A DNA stretch of 63,353 nt, the filler included, from Sanchytrium tribonematis (lineage: Eukaryota), in the NCBI GenBank assembly GCA_018985235.1. It is 26 parts of 26 records of this genome, joined end to end, with 100 filler letters (N's around TTAATTAATTAA, not from the genome) between each part and the next. Parts side by side here need not be neighbours in the genome. Positions count along the whole stretch, not along the records: positions 1 to 16,465 come from JADGIG010000135.1; positions 16,566 to 17,759 come from JADGIG010001372.1; positions 17,860 to 19,052 come from JADGIG010001373.1; positions 19,153 to 20,341 come from JADGIG010001374.1; positions 20,442 to 21,625 come from JADGIG010001375.1; positions 21,726 to 22,908 come from JADGIG010001376.1; positions 23,009 to 24,187 come from JADGIG010001377.1; 19 more parts are not named here. The stretch is one strand, 5' to 3'. The position numbers were made by a program, and so were the translations under genes. The notes below the pieces were generated by a model. It made no database searches and had not been told where the DNA came from. It worked only from the letters and a program-made list of their open reading frames with translations. Shown here one piece after another: positions 12,201-23,060 of the stretch (position 1 is the stretch's first letter; every line of letters starts with the position of its first letter).

Positions 12201-12287
12201 AATGAAGTGTTGAATCTACACGTAGTCTCTAGTTTACTTCTTTTGACTATAAAAGAATTGTTTCCAGAGGTTGAAAGAGTGTTGTAG
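9207..12287 (+). CDS. Mdm1/SNX13-14 family sorting nexin (TM-PXA-RGS-PX-PXC)
   Basis: N-terminal TM segments, PXA (LIIKDYFSW), RGS-like (GLSYFSEFL), PX (RRYSEFLELH), C-terminal nexin (FQNEVLN...ELFPE). Confidence 0.88.
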   Translation: MFAKGSYVKSFVIFFILVLIIYYLAIYVLAFTGLVSIMCIYFKLNLIQNHTYKEIPFLSIEPSETPKKIELKYSENVNRNLEDLVSLIIKDYFSWHTEMTKRPDFLNLIQILIYKSLDEIVERWKKVDVVDFINNKIFNIYLTHVRLQTKTKQNMSGDKRTFTHSKEFDYLFATRYADIGAIHKGVQISSATIDPSYIRHILNQILPYLIPSNEYHSVACKSIIVEVVAKTIIIPIMNMIAEPEFINSFIDMFCTHLLREMRMVKELRRALEANSHEQSNGENRLKSYEEFLLMIQNCQNLLEAKRIRDQIVMEIRRKRLLIGNRNSYDSINGVKIKKLIQYTNKLVIAKRKIEKRIIHLGGNVPMYENSQGMEPNLLDVLKSSVGLSYFSEFLDQKQAQKLLQLHLALEGIEHQLESFDEDSESLESLILDFTNLINTYFSNRLNDFIFPTNVDEGIRLVLLKLKEGHLDRISFALARSYLFNFIKESYFAKFKLSDLWLRMSSEFAIDRKDLIESDREDLEQMDESELLGTDAIKNVEGQLQQIVVENETSSIYTQLTPVSINPLSGNEETKSLHSDKSVHIESLTSQLQELNDHIDKLKQHEAILLSLVKSHGLNKQPSSRVLDSDGARVLLEDANDLGKTPSLSNSKSTFVLKALGSEDESLKILKKSYNDVLMEIRDLSEKKLSLENQGRDMSIKPGQVEICIDSWTKSSDGRKDFVLYLIRVKTSENNSWNIYRRYSEFLELHESLVANFPMIPYELPKKRPNLLYVGQMKDDLASTRQSALDIYLKNLTHHEDICQSLPFRKFLSQDVDNSRVVSTPQLITQSIDSSLDSLQDSPKKGFASFIQKHSSPIFGSPSRKSISNVSESKLNTPTDIKSSDGYKIISEMILELFDLQESVFRKHAVSVILNQIFGGVIEKKLEETYSRLCADEMLVFYLETLKEKLFTSSPPSKDVVDNHETKIKLELLFPELFGGFLGRNNSVKAAGKVFDSFQNEVLNLHVVSSLLLLTIKELFPEVERVL

Positions 12288-12340
12288 TTTACTTCTTTTG
12301 ACATAAAAGAATTGTTTCCAGAGGTTGAAAGAGTGTTGTA
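12230..12340 (+). repeat. Tandem duplication of about 55 bp covering the 3' end of the nexin gene
   Basis: TAGTTTACTTCTTTTGAC(T)ATAAAAGAATTGTTTCCAGAGGTTGAAAGAGTGTTG occurs twice; the second copy lacks one T. Confidence 0.95.
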
Positions 12341-12350
12341 TATTTATTGC

Positions 12351-13781
12351 TTATAATTGACATATAGGATTGTTTTCTATCATATCTAGTGATTGTTTAT
12401 GGCCAACCAACTCGCGGATATTGGAACACTTGTATTTTATCATAGCAGGTCTTTCTAGAGACAGCCCCCATGCAATTACACGAACATCTTCTGGCAAACC
12501 AAGTGGGAGCAACATTTCCGGCCTGAACATACCACTATTTCCAACTTCTACCCAGGTATTTAAGCCTTCATGCCATGTAAAAATCTCCATACTTGGTTCC
12601 GTATAAGGATTGTAAGTTGGTTTGAAACGAAGCGGGCTCACTCCTAATTTTTCAAAGAACATTTCCATGAATTTGATAAGGTGTCCCAAAGTCAAGTTTT
12701 TATCTACAATAACTCCTTCAACCTGGTGAAACTCTGATAAATGGGTAGCATCAGGAGTTTCGTTTCGATAAACCCTATCAATACTAAAATACTTTGCAGG
12801 ATGAAAATCTTTTGCAAGTCTATGAAGCATCTGAACTGACACCGCAGTTGTATGCGTTCTTAATAAAAGTTTTTCGGCCTCTTCTCTTTTCCAATCATAA
12901 CCATAACCCAAGCTACCGAAGTCGCCCAAAGAGTGAACCTTCTTCACTTTTTCCACAAGATCATTCGGCAAATCACTGCTAGTTTTGGGAGAATGAAGAA
13001 AAAATGTATCATGCATGTCTCTTGCAGGATGTTGCTGAGCTTGAAATAAAGTATCAAAATTCCAAAAAGAACTTTCAACATACTGGTTCGTCGGCATTTC
13101 TTCAAAACCTAGTTCAAAAAAGATTTTTCTAAATTCAGTACGCATTTTTAATAGCGGGTGTAGATGCCCTGAAGTTGGTGGAACTCCTAAGGATTTAAAA
13201 TTATAGGGCTTAAAGTGTTTAGACTCCCAGTCTTGCAACAAATCAACGGTTAGATCTGTTTCAAATTGCTTAATTTCGGAACTGTATTCTTTTCCTTTTT
13301 TGATTATGTAACTAATCTCTTTTTCCTGCAAAATTAATTTTCGTTTTTTTACAATTTTTAATTGATCTAGTGTTAATTCATCGCCAGACTGCACTTTTTT
13401 GCAAATGATTCCAACTTCGTCAACAACATCACTTTGAATAATCGATGCCACTTTTCCATTGAGGGAAACCCATTTTGCAGATAAAGCTTTTGATTTTCCG
13501 ATTTGCAAAATAGATTTTGGCAAATTTAACTTGTCAAAATCGGAATTCCCTCCAACCAATTTAAGTGCGTTATAAAAACGAAGTTCATGCGACCCGTTAT
13601 TAGCCATTTCGACACCTTCGGCTGTAAGCTTGTTCACTAGCTTATTAATCGTTTTGTACGTGACGTATTCCTTACTCATAAGTGAGTCCAAGGCAGCTTT
13701 AATATCTTTTTGACTTGCACCTATGTCTACTGAATTTACTTCTTCGTTGTTTTTTAAAAGATTTACTATTTTCTCGTCCAT
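12351..13781 (-). CDS. FRS2: Cytosolic phenylalanyl-tRNA synthetase alpha subunit
   Basis: [68 protein letters not shown]; likely start MDEKI at 13781. Confidence 0.96.
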   Translation of the reverse strand: MDEKIVNLLKNNEEVNSVDIGASQKDIKAALDSLMSKEYVTYKTINKLVNKLTAEGVEMANNGSHELRFYNALKLVGGNSDFDKLNLPKSILQIGKSKALSAKWVSLNGKVASIIQSDVVDEVGIICKKVQSGDELTLDQLKIVKKRKLILQEKEISYIIKKGKEYSSEIKQFETDLTVDLLQDWESKHFKPYNFKSLGVPPTSGHLHPLLKMRTEFRKIFFELGFEEMPTNQYVESSFWNFDTLFQAQQHPARDMHDTFFLHSPKTSSDLPNDLVEKVKKVHSLGDFGSLGYGYDWKREEAEKLLLRTHTTAVSVQMLHRLAKDFHPAKYFSIDRVYRNETPDATHLSEFHQVEGVIVDKNLTLGHLIKFMEMFFEKLGVSPLRFKPTYNPYTEPSMEIFTWHEGLNTWVEVGNSGMFRPEMLLPLGLPEDVRVIAWGLSLERPAMIKYKCSNIRELVGHKQSLDMIENNPICQL

Positions 13782-13800
13782 TGTAAAACTCGGGGATACA

Positions 13801-14697
13801 ATGCAATTATACGCAGAATATTTGTTCGAAGCTCCACAGTGGGACTGCAAATTCCACCCTGATCGTAATATTATAGCCTGTAGTGGAAAAACTCTTCATG
13901 TTATTAATTCTGATGGAGAAGAACAATTTGAAAAACATGAAAAAACGATTCGAAAAATTCAGTGGAGAAATCATCTTCTTGCTACAGCTTCATTTGATTC
14001 CACAGTTTCATTAATGAATATTGATAATAGAGACGAGTTCATGACTATTGAAGGTCATGAAAACGAATGCAAGGGAATTTCTTTCTCCTCAGACTCTACC
14101 ATGATTGCTACATGCGGAAGAGATAAAACCGTTTGGATTTGGCAATTGCTAGATGATGTTAATCTGGAAGTAGAATGTATGGCAGTTTTACAAGAACACG
14201 ATCAAGATGTAAAAAATGTAGCTTTTCATCCATACGAAGATGTTTTAGTAAGTTGTAGTTATGATAAAACTGTAAAATTATATTCTATGGATACGGATGA
14301 CGATTGGTTTTGTCAAGATACTTTTGAGGAACATGTTGATACAGTTTGGGATTTCCAATTTAGTGAAAATGGAAAACTAGGTTTAAGTTGTGATGGTTCT
14401 GGTCTATGTCTCTTGTGGCAATATTTTGGAGGTAGCGTGGAATATCTAGATAGCTATCAACTAGACCATTCGGCAATTTGCGTTAGATGGATGGGCAATT
14501 TATGTTTTATTGCAGCAGAGCAATATATTTACAAATTAAAAGTCGAGGATAATAGTCTACAATTTGTGGAAATTATCAGCCATCCTCATGGGATATATGA
14601 TGTGAATGCTATAGATTTGAAGAAGACAAATGAAGGATATTTACTAGCAACAACAGGTGATGACGGGAGGTTGAAATTGTGGAATTTAAATAAATAG
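13801..14697 (+). CDS. CIA1: Cytosolic Fe-S assembly WD40 protein CIA1/CIAO1
   Basis: LATASFDST, EGHENECK, ATCGRDKTVWIW, ECMAVLQEHDQDVK, SCSYD, DVN. Confidence 0.92.
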   Translation: MQLYAEYLFEAPQWDCKFHPDRNIIACSGKTLHVINSDGEEQFEKHEKTIRKIQWRNHLLATASFDSTVSLMNIDNRDEFMTIEGHENECKGISFSSDSTMIATCGRDKTVWIWQLLDDVNLEVECMAVLQEHDQDVKNVAFHPYEDVLVSCSYDKTVKLYSMDTDDDWFCQDTFEEHVDTVWDFQFSENGKLGLSCDGSGLCLLWQYFGGSVEYLDSYQLDHSAICVRWMGNLCFIAAEQYIYKLKVEDNSLQFVEIISHPHGIYDVNAIDLKKTNEGYLLATTGDDGRLKLWNLNK

Positions 14698-16465
14698 TTC
14701 CCCTGGGGCATATCTTTCAACGCTGAACGTATCGGTAACATGCTTTTCTTTCATAAGAAATTTTAAAGGGTATTCAACCAAGTGGCCTTTAATGCCAGAT
14801 AATTTTTCTTTGATTTCATCTGTGACATCGATAACAAATTCACCAGCTTTCTCCAAGTCACTAAGCAATAGCATAGAATCATCTGGGTAAGGATAAAACA
14901 CAGTACGATAAATATCGGTATTGATATTTGATCTGATTCTCCAAAACTCCCATGCCTCATCCGAACTCGGGTCATCCAGAGAAATGTCATATTCCCCCAG
15001 ATGTTCAGCCCAAAGCTCCTGCCGCAATTTCAGAATTGGGTTTTCGACTTTCAAAACATCTTTGAAATAAGAGTTTTCACTAAATTCACTTACTACAGCG
15101 ATTTCCGAGTCTCGATTCCCTTCCATGCTTCTGTCATTTATATTTGCAGAACCTAGTACACATTTACAATCATCAACAATCATAAGTTTGGAATGTATGT
15201 ATATTTGTTCAGTAGCGCATTTTGCGCCTTTGATTGCAAAGTTTCGCAACCCGAATACACAAAAGTAATGGTCCCCGTTTATATTAGACTGAGCTAAGGT
15301 TTGTAAAATACTACCTGTCCCCTTGCTTATTGTCTTGGCTTGGAATTCCAAAATCAGTTTAGTAGTATTGCCTTCATCGCCAGTCAAATCTGCAAATCCA
15401 GGCATCAAAGGTATAATGACATAAACTTTGAAATTCTCGCCTTTCTCATGGGCAAGTTTAATGCGATTGACAATCTCAAATGCTATTGTGTTTTTGACGA
15501 CGGTACTGTTACTGGCATTTGAAACGAAAAACTGGTTTTCAATATAAACATATTTTTTTGCACTTCGTATCAGTCCAATATATGCTTCCAAAATGCTTTT
15601 TTCCATATTTGTTCCAACACTCCAGGGGCTAACACTTCTCAGAACTTGGGTGCTAACATAATCACCTTTGACCGGCAATTTTTGCCTCTGCTGTGGTGGT
15701 GTTAAGAAAGGAATTGTTTCTCTTCTAGTTTTATTTGTCTTACAATGATTCCAATACTGCACGAAGTGAAAAGCGATGTCTAGCACACTTTCACCCTGTA
15801 ATTTTGAGTGAATATCGTGCCACGGCATGCGGGGATCATCTCTAGAAATTATATCTTGATCCCATTTCGTGCGGACTTGCTTAAAATCTTTAATTCTTAC
15901 GTTATTGTAATCTTGTCCAGGAAACAACTTCTCGGACTCATCGTCGAAATCTAACAAGTAATGATGTTGAGTTGAAAATCTTCCCAAACACAAATCCACA
16001 CCACCACAGTACGCTAATTTACAGTCTATTAAAACTAATTTTTCGTGATGAGACCAGTATAGGCTACCAGTACTGGCAAAATGTTCGGGGTGGCGCTGGA
16101 CGTGTATATTACGATGTAAACTACTCAGATAAATCTTAGTATGCTCTGAATCATTAGGCAATGCCATATTAAACTCTTTAAACACAAGTATGTATATGTT
16201 CACATTTCTTTGAGCTGCCCTTAACAGAACATAATCGATTCTTGAATTAATGTGCTTCTTATAAGGGCGAAGAAGATACAATTCGGGTGTTAACCACCAA
16301 TCACATATATAAATAGTTTCTTTGGCATTTTCTAGTTCATTGAATAAATCAAGAAAGTATCTTTCAGAATCTGCAAAATAATGAATCGAACCTTGTCGAA
16401 TGGGTGCGAAACTATGATATCTGTGAAATTCCTTGTATATTGAGCTATCCATAATCGAATTCATA
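14686..16465 (-). CDS. Phospholipase D (PLD1/Spo14 type), 5'-partial
   Basis: Two HKD motifs (HHEKLVLID, HSKLMIVDD), DWWLTPE, PRMPWHD, YIENQFF, GSANINDRS. Confidence 0.95.
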
Positions 16466-16565
16466 NNNNNNNNNNNNNNNNNNNNNNNNNNNNNNNNNNN
16501 NNNNNNNNNTTAATTAATTAANNNNNNNNNNNNNNNNNNNNNNNNNNNNNNNNNNNNNNNNNNNN
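16466..16565. other. Artificial contig spacer N44-TTAATTAATTAA-N44 (first of 25)
   Basis: Identical 100-bp six-frame-stop linker, recurring at 17760, 19053, 20342, 21626, 22909, 24188, 40594 and about every 1.26 kb after that. Confidence 0.99.
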
Positions 16566-16904
16566 AGTAACATTTTTATATTCATTCAAAAATTGTGAAC
16601 AAGTGTTTTTGCACATTCTTTTTGAGGAACCACATGCATTCTTCTCAAATAACGAATCGCATACCCAGGTTGCATAAGTCGGCATTAATATATCTTTGTC
16701 ACAATTTGAATCGATTGAATTGTAGTGAGTGTTGAATACCTCCAAGATTGACTGATCTAGGGAATTCGAGTCATTGATGATATTGTCACTATTCTCAAGT
16801 TTCGAACCTAATTTTAAATAACTACCACTCCAGGCACTACAGAACGTACTCTCTGCAACAGCAAAACATGAATTATTGTTGGATTGAGGTATTGACATCA
16901 GCAA
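16566..16904 (-). CDS. Cys-rich extracellular-type protein, 3'-partial
   Basis: ORF with 7 Cys (CF...STFCSAW...CKNTCSQF) running into the spacer. Confidence 0.5.
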
Positions 16905-16980
16905 CTAATTTGTGATTGGGTTTTTAATATTAAGGAGAGTGGTTGGTCGTCAAATCAATTTGAAGGAGATTAAAAGAAAC

Positions 16981-17759
16981 ATGCCTAAAGAATTCGAGCC
17001 GCATTTTAAGCCAAATGAGTGTCCAGAAAGCGAGAAACAATATCTTAAAACGGAAGAAAATCAAATAATTTTTGCAAAAGACGACAAGGCCTGGGTCTAT
17101 AAAAATGATCAATGGATTGAACAAATTACTGCAAAAACTGCAATTTACATACAAAACATACCAATAGATACAGAAGTAGAGGAGCTTATAGATTACTTCA
17201 AAAAATGTGGCATTATTATGCTCAATGAAGATGATACTCCAAAAATCAAAATGTATGGAAACAATGATTGCACAATCACTTTTTTAAAAGAAGCCAGCGT
17301 CGAATTGGCTATTCAATTATATGATGACTCGCCACTCCGGTATGGAGATATACCAATGAAAATTACAAGAGCCAAATTTTTAGCAACAACAGACAAAAAA
17401 ATGGAACTAAAGAAAAAACGCGGGAAACAGCCAAAAACAACAAAGAGGCAAAAACTAGAGAAAAAACTCGAATGGTTCGAAGAAGAATTGAGTGACAAAA
17501 ATCAAAAAACTGTTATTTTAAAACACATGTTTACACCGGAAGAAATTGAGCTAGAACCAAAATTGCTTCTAGATATTAAAGAAGATGTCAGGTCAGAAGC
17601 GGCGAAAGTGGGTCAAGTGCGAAATGTTACTCTGTACGATCTACATCCCGATGGGGTCATCATTGTTAAATTTTCTGATCCTCTTGCTGCTCAAGCTTGT
17701 GTTCAACTAATGGATGGGAGAGTCTTTGATGGTGGAAATGTCGAAGCATACATTTATGA
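16981..17759 (+). CDS. HTATSF1/Cus2 splicing factor (RRM + UHM), 3'-partial
   Basis: AIYIQNIP..FKKCGII..PKIKMY, SVELAIQLYD, VILKHMF, DIKEDVRSE, MDGRVFDG. Confidence 0.9.
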
Positions 17760-17859
17760 NNNNNNNNNNNNNNNNNNNNNNNNNNNNNNNNNNNNNNNNN
17801 NNNTTAATTAATTAANNNNNNNNNNNNNNNNNNNNNNNNNNNNNNNNNNNNNNNNNNNN

Positions 17860-18132
17860 GAAATTCATTATTTGTTGTTATTTTGACGGGAAACCATTCT
17901 TTGTGTAAATATTCACATATTTCTTTAAATTTAGATAAACATGCATCTATTCTAGGATGATCTGATAGTGATTGTTGAACTCCATTTAAAATAAACAAGT
18001 TCTCATTTTAGTATTTGTATTAACAGATAAAGATAAACTGATGCTCTCATTACATGGGATAATATGAATAGTATCTGATTTACCCCAATACTTGATTAAT
18101 GCCATGTTCATTGGCGCATTAACAGAAATCAT
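17860..18132 (-). CDS. MVD1: Diphosphomevalonate decarboxylase N-terminus, 3'-partial, frame break at about 18002-18024
   Basis: MISVNAPMNMALIKYWGK...IPCNESISLSL (not in the ORF track), then LFILNG...RIDACL in another frame. Confidence 0.8.
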
Positions 18133-18189
18133 TTCTCCAAGTTTGGAGGGAAAGATTGCAATGGGAATTTATGTAGCCGAGGAAGCAAC

Positions 18190-18660
18190 TTATTTATTAT
18201 TTGCATCTTTACCTGTTAATAAACTATACGCATTGCTTATTTTTTGGAATGTATCTTTTGCGCCAGATTCTCTATTTCTATCTGGATGAAATTCCTTTGC
18301 CAATTTGTAATAGGATTTTTTGATTTCACTATCACTAGCACCTCGACTCAATCCCAATATGTCGTATGCTTTGGATCTATCGCTATTTGAATTAAAGTCG
18401 CCTCTCAGCTTCATATAAATTAGATGACATGCCACTCTGAGTGCGTATAACGAAGCGTAAGAAAGAATTTTTGAAATAAAAGAAGGTTTGGACTCATTTG
18501 GTATTGTGGTTGTGGAATTCGTGTATTCTGTTGAATTTGTGCCATTAAATGTCATATTTGATTGATCTGGTATCTCGAAATCATTTTCATTGCTGAGATC
18601 TGCATTTCGACGAAAGTACTTTGAAATGGCAAATGCCATGTTAACATTGACCAAAAGCAT
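18190..18660 (-). CDS. Protein with C-terminal J-domain (DnaJ-like)
   Basis: AYDILGL...EIKKSYYKLAKEFHPDRN...FQKISNAYSLL; start uncertain. Confidence 0.8.
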   Translation of the reverse strand: MLLVNVNMAFAISKYFRRNADLSNENDFEIPDQSNMTFNGTNSTEYTNSTTTIPNESKPSFISKILSYASLYALRVACHLIYMKLRGDFNSNSDRSKAYDILGLSRGASDSEIKKSYYKLAKEFHPDRNRESGAKDTFQKISNAYSLLTGKDANNK

Positions 18661-19433
18661 CTCGAGGGGAACTCCGTCAAAATTTAAAAATGTACATGTG
18701 TTCACTTTTGAAGAACACAAAGTTAATTTTTAATCAATTTTGCAAAGTAGATTCTATGTAGTATCAAAGATACTTTTAAGAATTTAGGATAACATATCTT
18801 CGTGTATAAATTTAATAGACCAAAACAGGTAAATTAGACTTTAAAGGTCCCTTGCGAAGAAATTACAATCAATGACTCAATTTATTTCTCAAAGATACTT
18901 GACAATCATATTCTGCCACCCCCAATCCAAATTGTAATTTCTGTCCTTGAAGAAGCAATATTTTATCTTTTAAATATTCGATATCCAAATCCAATTGTTT
19001 TAATGATTTTCTGGATAAGTCGTGCTTCCGATTCAATTCTGGTAATGCTGTTNNNNNNNNNNNNNNNNNNNNNNNNNNNNNNNNNNNNNNNNNNNNTTAA
19101 TTAATTAANNNNNNNNNNNNNNNNNNNNNNNNNNNNNNNNNNNNNNNNNNNNGTTCCTTTAGCTTATACTCTGCCTTCTTAGGAAGTTTTATAATTCCTT
19201 TGTATTTTTGGGTTGGTTTTAGCATTTTAAAATTTTTAAATCACAAAGAAGTTTCACTTTCTAGTTGTGCTTGGCTCTTTAAATATCGCAAGTCACGTGC
19301 TCAAAATTAAAATTTTTAAAAGCATCATTCCTTGATCACCTGTAAGCGCAAGTTGTGAACTACCGCTCCTAATCTGAATGGTAATTCCAAAATGGCCTAA
19401 TTTAAATTTGAGAGATTATAAATAATTTGAAAC

Positions 19434-20341
19434 ATGTTAACTCCTGTACTCATTTCAGTCGAGGTGAGAAATGCCTTTCAAGTATTGGAGAAGCTATCAC
19501 AATTAAGGTCGTTCCACATAAAAGATCAAAACGACCCCAAATTTAACCAGCAGCTTAATAATAGTTTCTTGATGCGACAAAAATTGCAAAAACTTGTTAA
19601 AAAGTCAAATGCATCAGAATATACTCCCATAAATATAGAAAATTTTAAATTAATAGAAGACGCTATCCAAGGACTTCGGCATAATCTTGATTACCTCAAG
19701 GATAGAAGAAAAATTTTGCATATTTTATTGTTTTTGGAAACTCACTTTCATAATTTGAACTGTATAGTAGGCACAATACCGAAGCATAAAAAGCACACTT
19801 TAGAAAATGTGCTATTTAAATATAGTATACAACAAGATTATGCCGGGTTTGGTGATGAATTTATTGTCTTAGTGCACTCCAAATCTAAAAAGATTGAAAA
19901 ATTAGTAAAACTGCTTGGCGCCAAAATAATACCCACAAAGGCTGTCACCGAATCAATACTTGAGCAGCAAATTTCGGAGATCGAGCAGTTAATCACAAAT
20001 ACCCAAGTCATGCTAAATAATGAAAAAGGATATCACGAGGTTTTGCTTCAAAAATGGTTGTTCAGCGTCAATGTTGACATAAATTATTTCAAGATATTGA
20101 ACAAAGCGAGAGTCAAAGATCAATTGGAGATCCATGGATTTTTAAAGTCTGGAGATTTGGAACAGGTAAAAGCGGTTTTGGACACTTTGCATAACGCAAC
20201 AATGACCATGCTCTATGAAAATGAATATCCTACTATAATCAAGTACGAGTATTTTGGAATCAAATCCTACAATGAGGTAGACCCTTTTCAATTTATAATG
20301 ATTGTTCCAATACTGTTTGGAATTTTAATAGGCGACATTGG
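19434..20341 (+). CDS. V-ATPase V0 subunit a (Vph1/Stv1-like), highly divergent, 3'-partial
   Basis: YPT...FGIKSYNEVDP...PILFGILIGDI matches the subunit-a YxEVNP...PFLFxxMFGD block; N-terminal HIKDQN. Confidence 0.7.
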
Positions 20342-20441
20342 NNNNNNNNNNNNNNNNNNNNNNNNNNNNNNNNNNNNNNNNNNNNTTAATTAATTAANNN
20401 NNNNNNNNNNNNNNNNNNNNNNNNNNNNNNNNNNNNNNNNN

Positions 20442-20813
20442 TAAATAAATAAGACCACGGAAATAGAAGCTGATGAACATGATGGGATAAAAAATGATTA
20501 ATTTCTTTTTGAAATTTGTGAGCAGTCTATAATATCGAATCACGGGATAACAAGCTATGCCAGAGACGTAAATCACGAATAATGTTAATATGACTATTGT
20601 GATGATAGATCCTGGCAATTCTATGTACATCCCTCCCAAAATAGAGATGATGATCATTTCCAAATTACCCAGAAATAAAATCATTTGAATGTGACTACAA
20701 TCGAACATGTAGTACGCTGCTAAATTGATAAACAATCCAAATAGTGAGAATATAAAGGTGATACCATATGTCAAACCATGGATATTCTCGAAATGCATAG
20801 CTTGGGTCACCAT
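20442..20813 (-). CDS. Multi-pass membrane protein, 3'-partial
   Basis: Several hydrophobic helices; no family recognised. Confidence 0.45.
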
Positions 20814-20874
20814 TTCTTGGGGGTTTCAAAGAAAAGCCACGTAAAATGTGCGATCTCACGTGGATTTGTTGGCA

Positions 20875-21558
20875 TCATTTCAATTTATTGATCACATCTC
20901 TTTTGGTAGCGATTTGATGCTGGATTCTTTGTTTAATAAAATCATTTTTTATTCCAAATTCTTCAATTTTAAATCGATTTATGGGTGAAATTGGAATTAA
21001 TTCGGGATATGTAAGCAATAATAAATGAGGGAGAGTCGTAGAAAAGTAAGCACCGTCAAATTGCGTTGATTCTAGGCTATAAATATCTTGGCAATGTGCA
21101 CAATATCCTTTAACAGTCCCAATATATGGTTTATCACTAGTTCCAACAGGTATTAATGGTGTTTTGGGGCAATTATATCTAGGACAGTAACCATAATTAC
21201 CAGCTTTCACTTTATAAGCTATTTTACGCATTCCTGGGGTTGTCAAGACATATCTGGCATGAATCATTCCGTATAAATGACGTGTGGACTTATCAAGTAT
21301 ATAATGCGCATCCTCACTATATTCCTGTATCTCGGAGTGATCAGATAAGATTTCATAGCAAATGGGAAAATGCATGATATTTTGAAGACCTGTTAGATTG
21401 AATTTATCAAGGTAAAAATCTTCATCTACATCCACTAAATAATCGTATTCCAATTGACGCAGATACCATCCGATCCATCCATCCAAAGAAGATTCAGAAG
21501 AACGCATTTCACGGGGAAGCATCTCAAAATCTCTATTTTTCAAAATGTAAATGTCCAT
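20875..21558 (-). CDS. Casein kinase II regulatory (beta) subunit
   Basis: WIGWY, VDEDFYLDKFNLTGL, LYGMIHARYVLT, CPRYNC...CAHC, DGAYF; start may be 21522. Confidence 0.93.
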   Translation of the reverse strand: MDIYILKNRDFEMLPREMRSSESSLDGWIGWYLRQLEYDYLVDVDEDFYLDKFNLTGLQNIMHFPICYEILSDHSEIQEYSEDAHYILDKSTRHLYGMIHARYVLTTPGMRKIAYKVKAGNYGYCPRYNCPKTPLIPVGTSDKPYIGTVKGYCAHCQDIYSLESTQFDGAYFSTTLPHLLLLTYPELIPISPINRFKIEEFGIKNDFIKQRIQHQIATKRDVINKLK

Positions 21559-21725
21559 AATCTATTTATTTATACAGTCTTGGCAGCAGTAGAGACTTGT
21601 CCATTGTTTGTCATGGTTGCCAATGNNNNNNNNNNNNNNNNNNNNNNNNNNNNNNNNNNNNNNNNNNNNTTAATTAATTAANNNNNNNNNNNNNNNNNNN
21701 NNNNNNNNNNNNNNNNNNNNNNNNN

Positions 21726-22908
21726 GCTCGCCTTTGTCTTTAAGATAACGTTCAAATTTTTGAAGCATCATCAAGTTGTGAGTTTTTTCATTTACAGTTA
21801 CCTGTGGCTGAGACAGATATTTTTTAACATAAATGGAGGATCTCAAAGAGTCTGTTACAATAAGAATTTTGCCGCTATCAGGTATGATATTTCTCAAAGC
21901 GACCCATTTTGAATTATCTGCTAAAATTGGAGTTATATTAATTGGCAATCTATAAATAACACCTTTGTACTCATAGGTAGCTGCAGCACATTGTGATTTC
22001 GTGTAAACCCGCTCTCTGGCCTTAAGATGGATAATTGTAGCAGCTGCATGAGTAGTCCAACTCGCCTTGACCTCCATGGCTGTAATATGCATTTCGAAAT
22101 ATCTTAAGAAAGAAACACAATCGTAGTCGTAAAGGCAATCCAAGAGCTGCTTGAAAAATTTAATTTCCTCTAATGCGGAAACAGCACCATCTGAGAGTCG
22201 ATATTCATTTGGATTGAGTTGTTGCTTGATTAAGTAATCAAAATTGCTAGTGAGGCTCTTGTCAACAGTGATTTCAGATGGATCAATCCATTTGCAGCTG
22301 CGTCTTAATTCTTGGATGAGTAAATTCAACAATTCGTGAATGCTATGTTCGATTTCTAACAAACTACTGCTAACGGGTATCTTGTGCTCTACAATTGTCA
22401 TTTCAGATATGTCTTTTTTAATGTCTTCTCTAAATCTTGGATACAAGATCATATTACTCATAAATAAATTTTTGAGCATTTTCTCGATTTTATTGTATCC
22501 AAATATAAACTTTTCAGGTTGATCAGTAAATCCTTTAATAAACGGATCGCAATTTTGGGCTATTAATTTGAGTATAAAATGTTCAGTACTAGATTCTGTC
22601 ACTTGATCGGCATTTAAAACCAAAACACCATGGATTTTTGTGTAGTCAATTATTTCAGTTAGCAAATCAGTGATTAAAATTCTAGAGGTGACTGATATAA
22701 CTCCACCTTGTTCATAACCAGAGATTCTTTTTTTGATAGATATTTCATTTGTAGTCGTTGGATTCGGATGATTTATAACCAGAACTAAATTACCTTTTGG
22801 TACAATAAGCTGCTGAATGAATCTCTCTATGATAATTTCCATTCCTAGTCCTTTTGCAAGTACAAGAAGGCCATCTTCATTTTGTAAATTCGAGACAATG
22901 GTGGAGTT
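21726..22908 (-). CDS. RAD1: XPF/Rad1 (ERCC4) helicase-like N-terminal region, partial at both ends
   Basis: DGLLVLAKGLG, GGVISVTSRILITDLL, FIKGFTDQPE, LYPRF, YDCVSF, SKW. Confidence 0.9.
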
Positions 22909-23060
22909 NNNNNNNNNNNNNNNNNNNNNNNNNNNNNNNNNNNNNNNNNNNNTTAATTAATTAANNNNNNNNNNNNNNNNNNNNNNNNNNNNNNNNNNNN
23001 NNNNNNNNTTTAGGTATCATTTGAAAACAAGGAGCGAAAATTTTGAAAATTGAGGCCAAT

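Noticed and set aside
13723..13850. 128-bp coding overlap between PheRS and CIA1 implied by the ORF track
   Set aside because: The extensions are antisense shadows of each other; conserved sequence begins at ATGs 13781 and 13801.
856..15522. Many 60-90 aa antisense or alternate-frame ORFs inside long genes (for example 856-1077, 8314-8544, 12370-12606)
   Set aside because: Shadow ORFs of well-supported genes, with no motifs.
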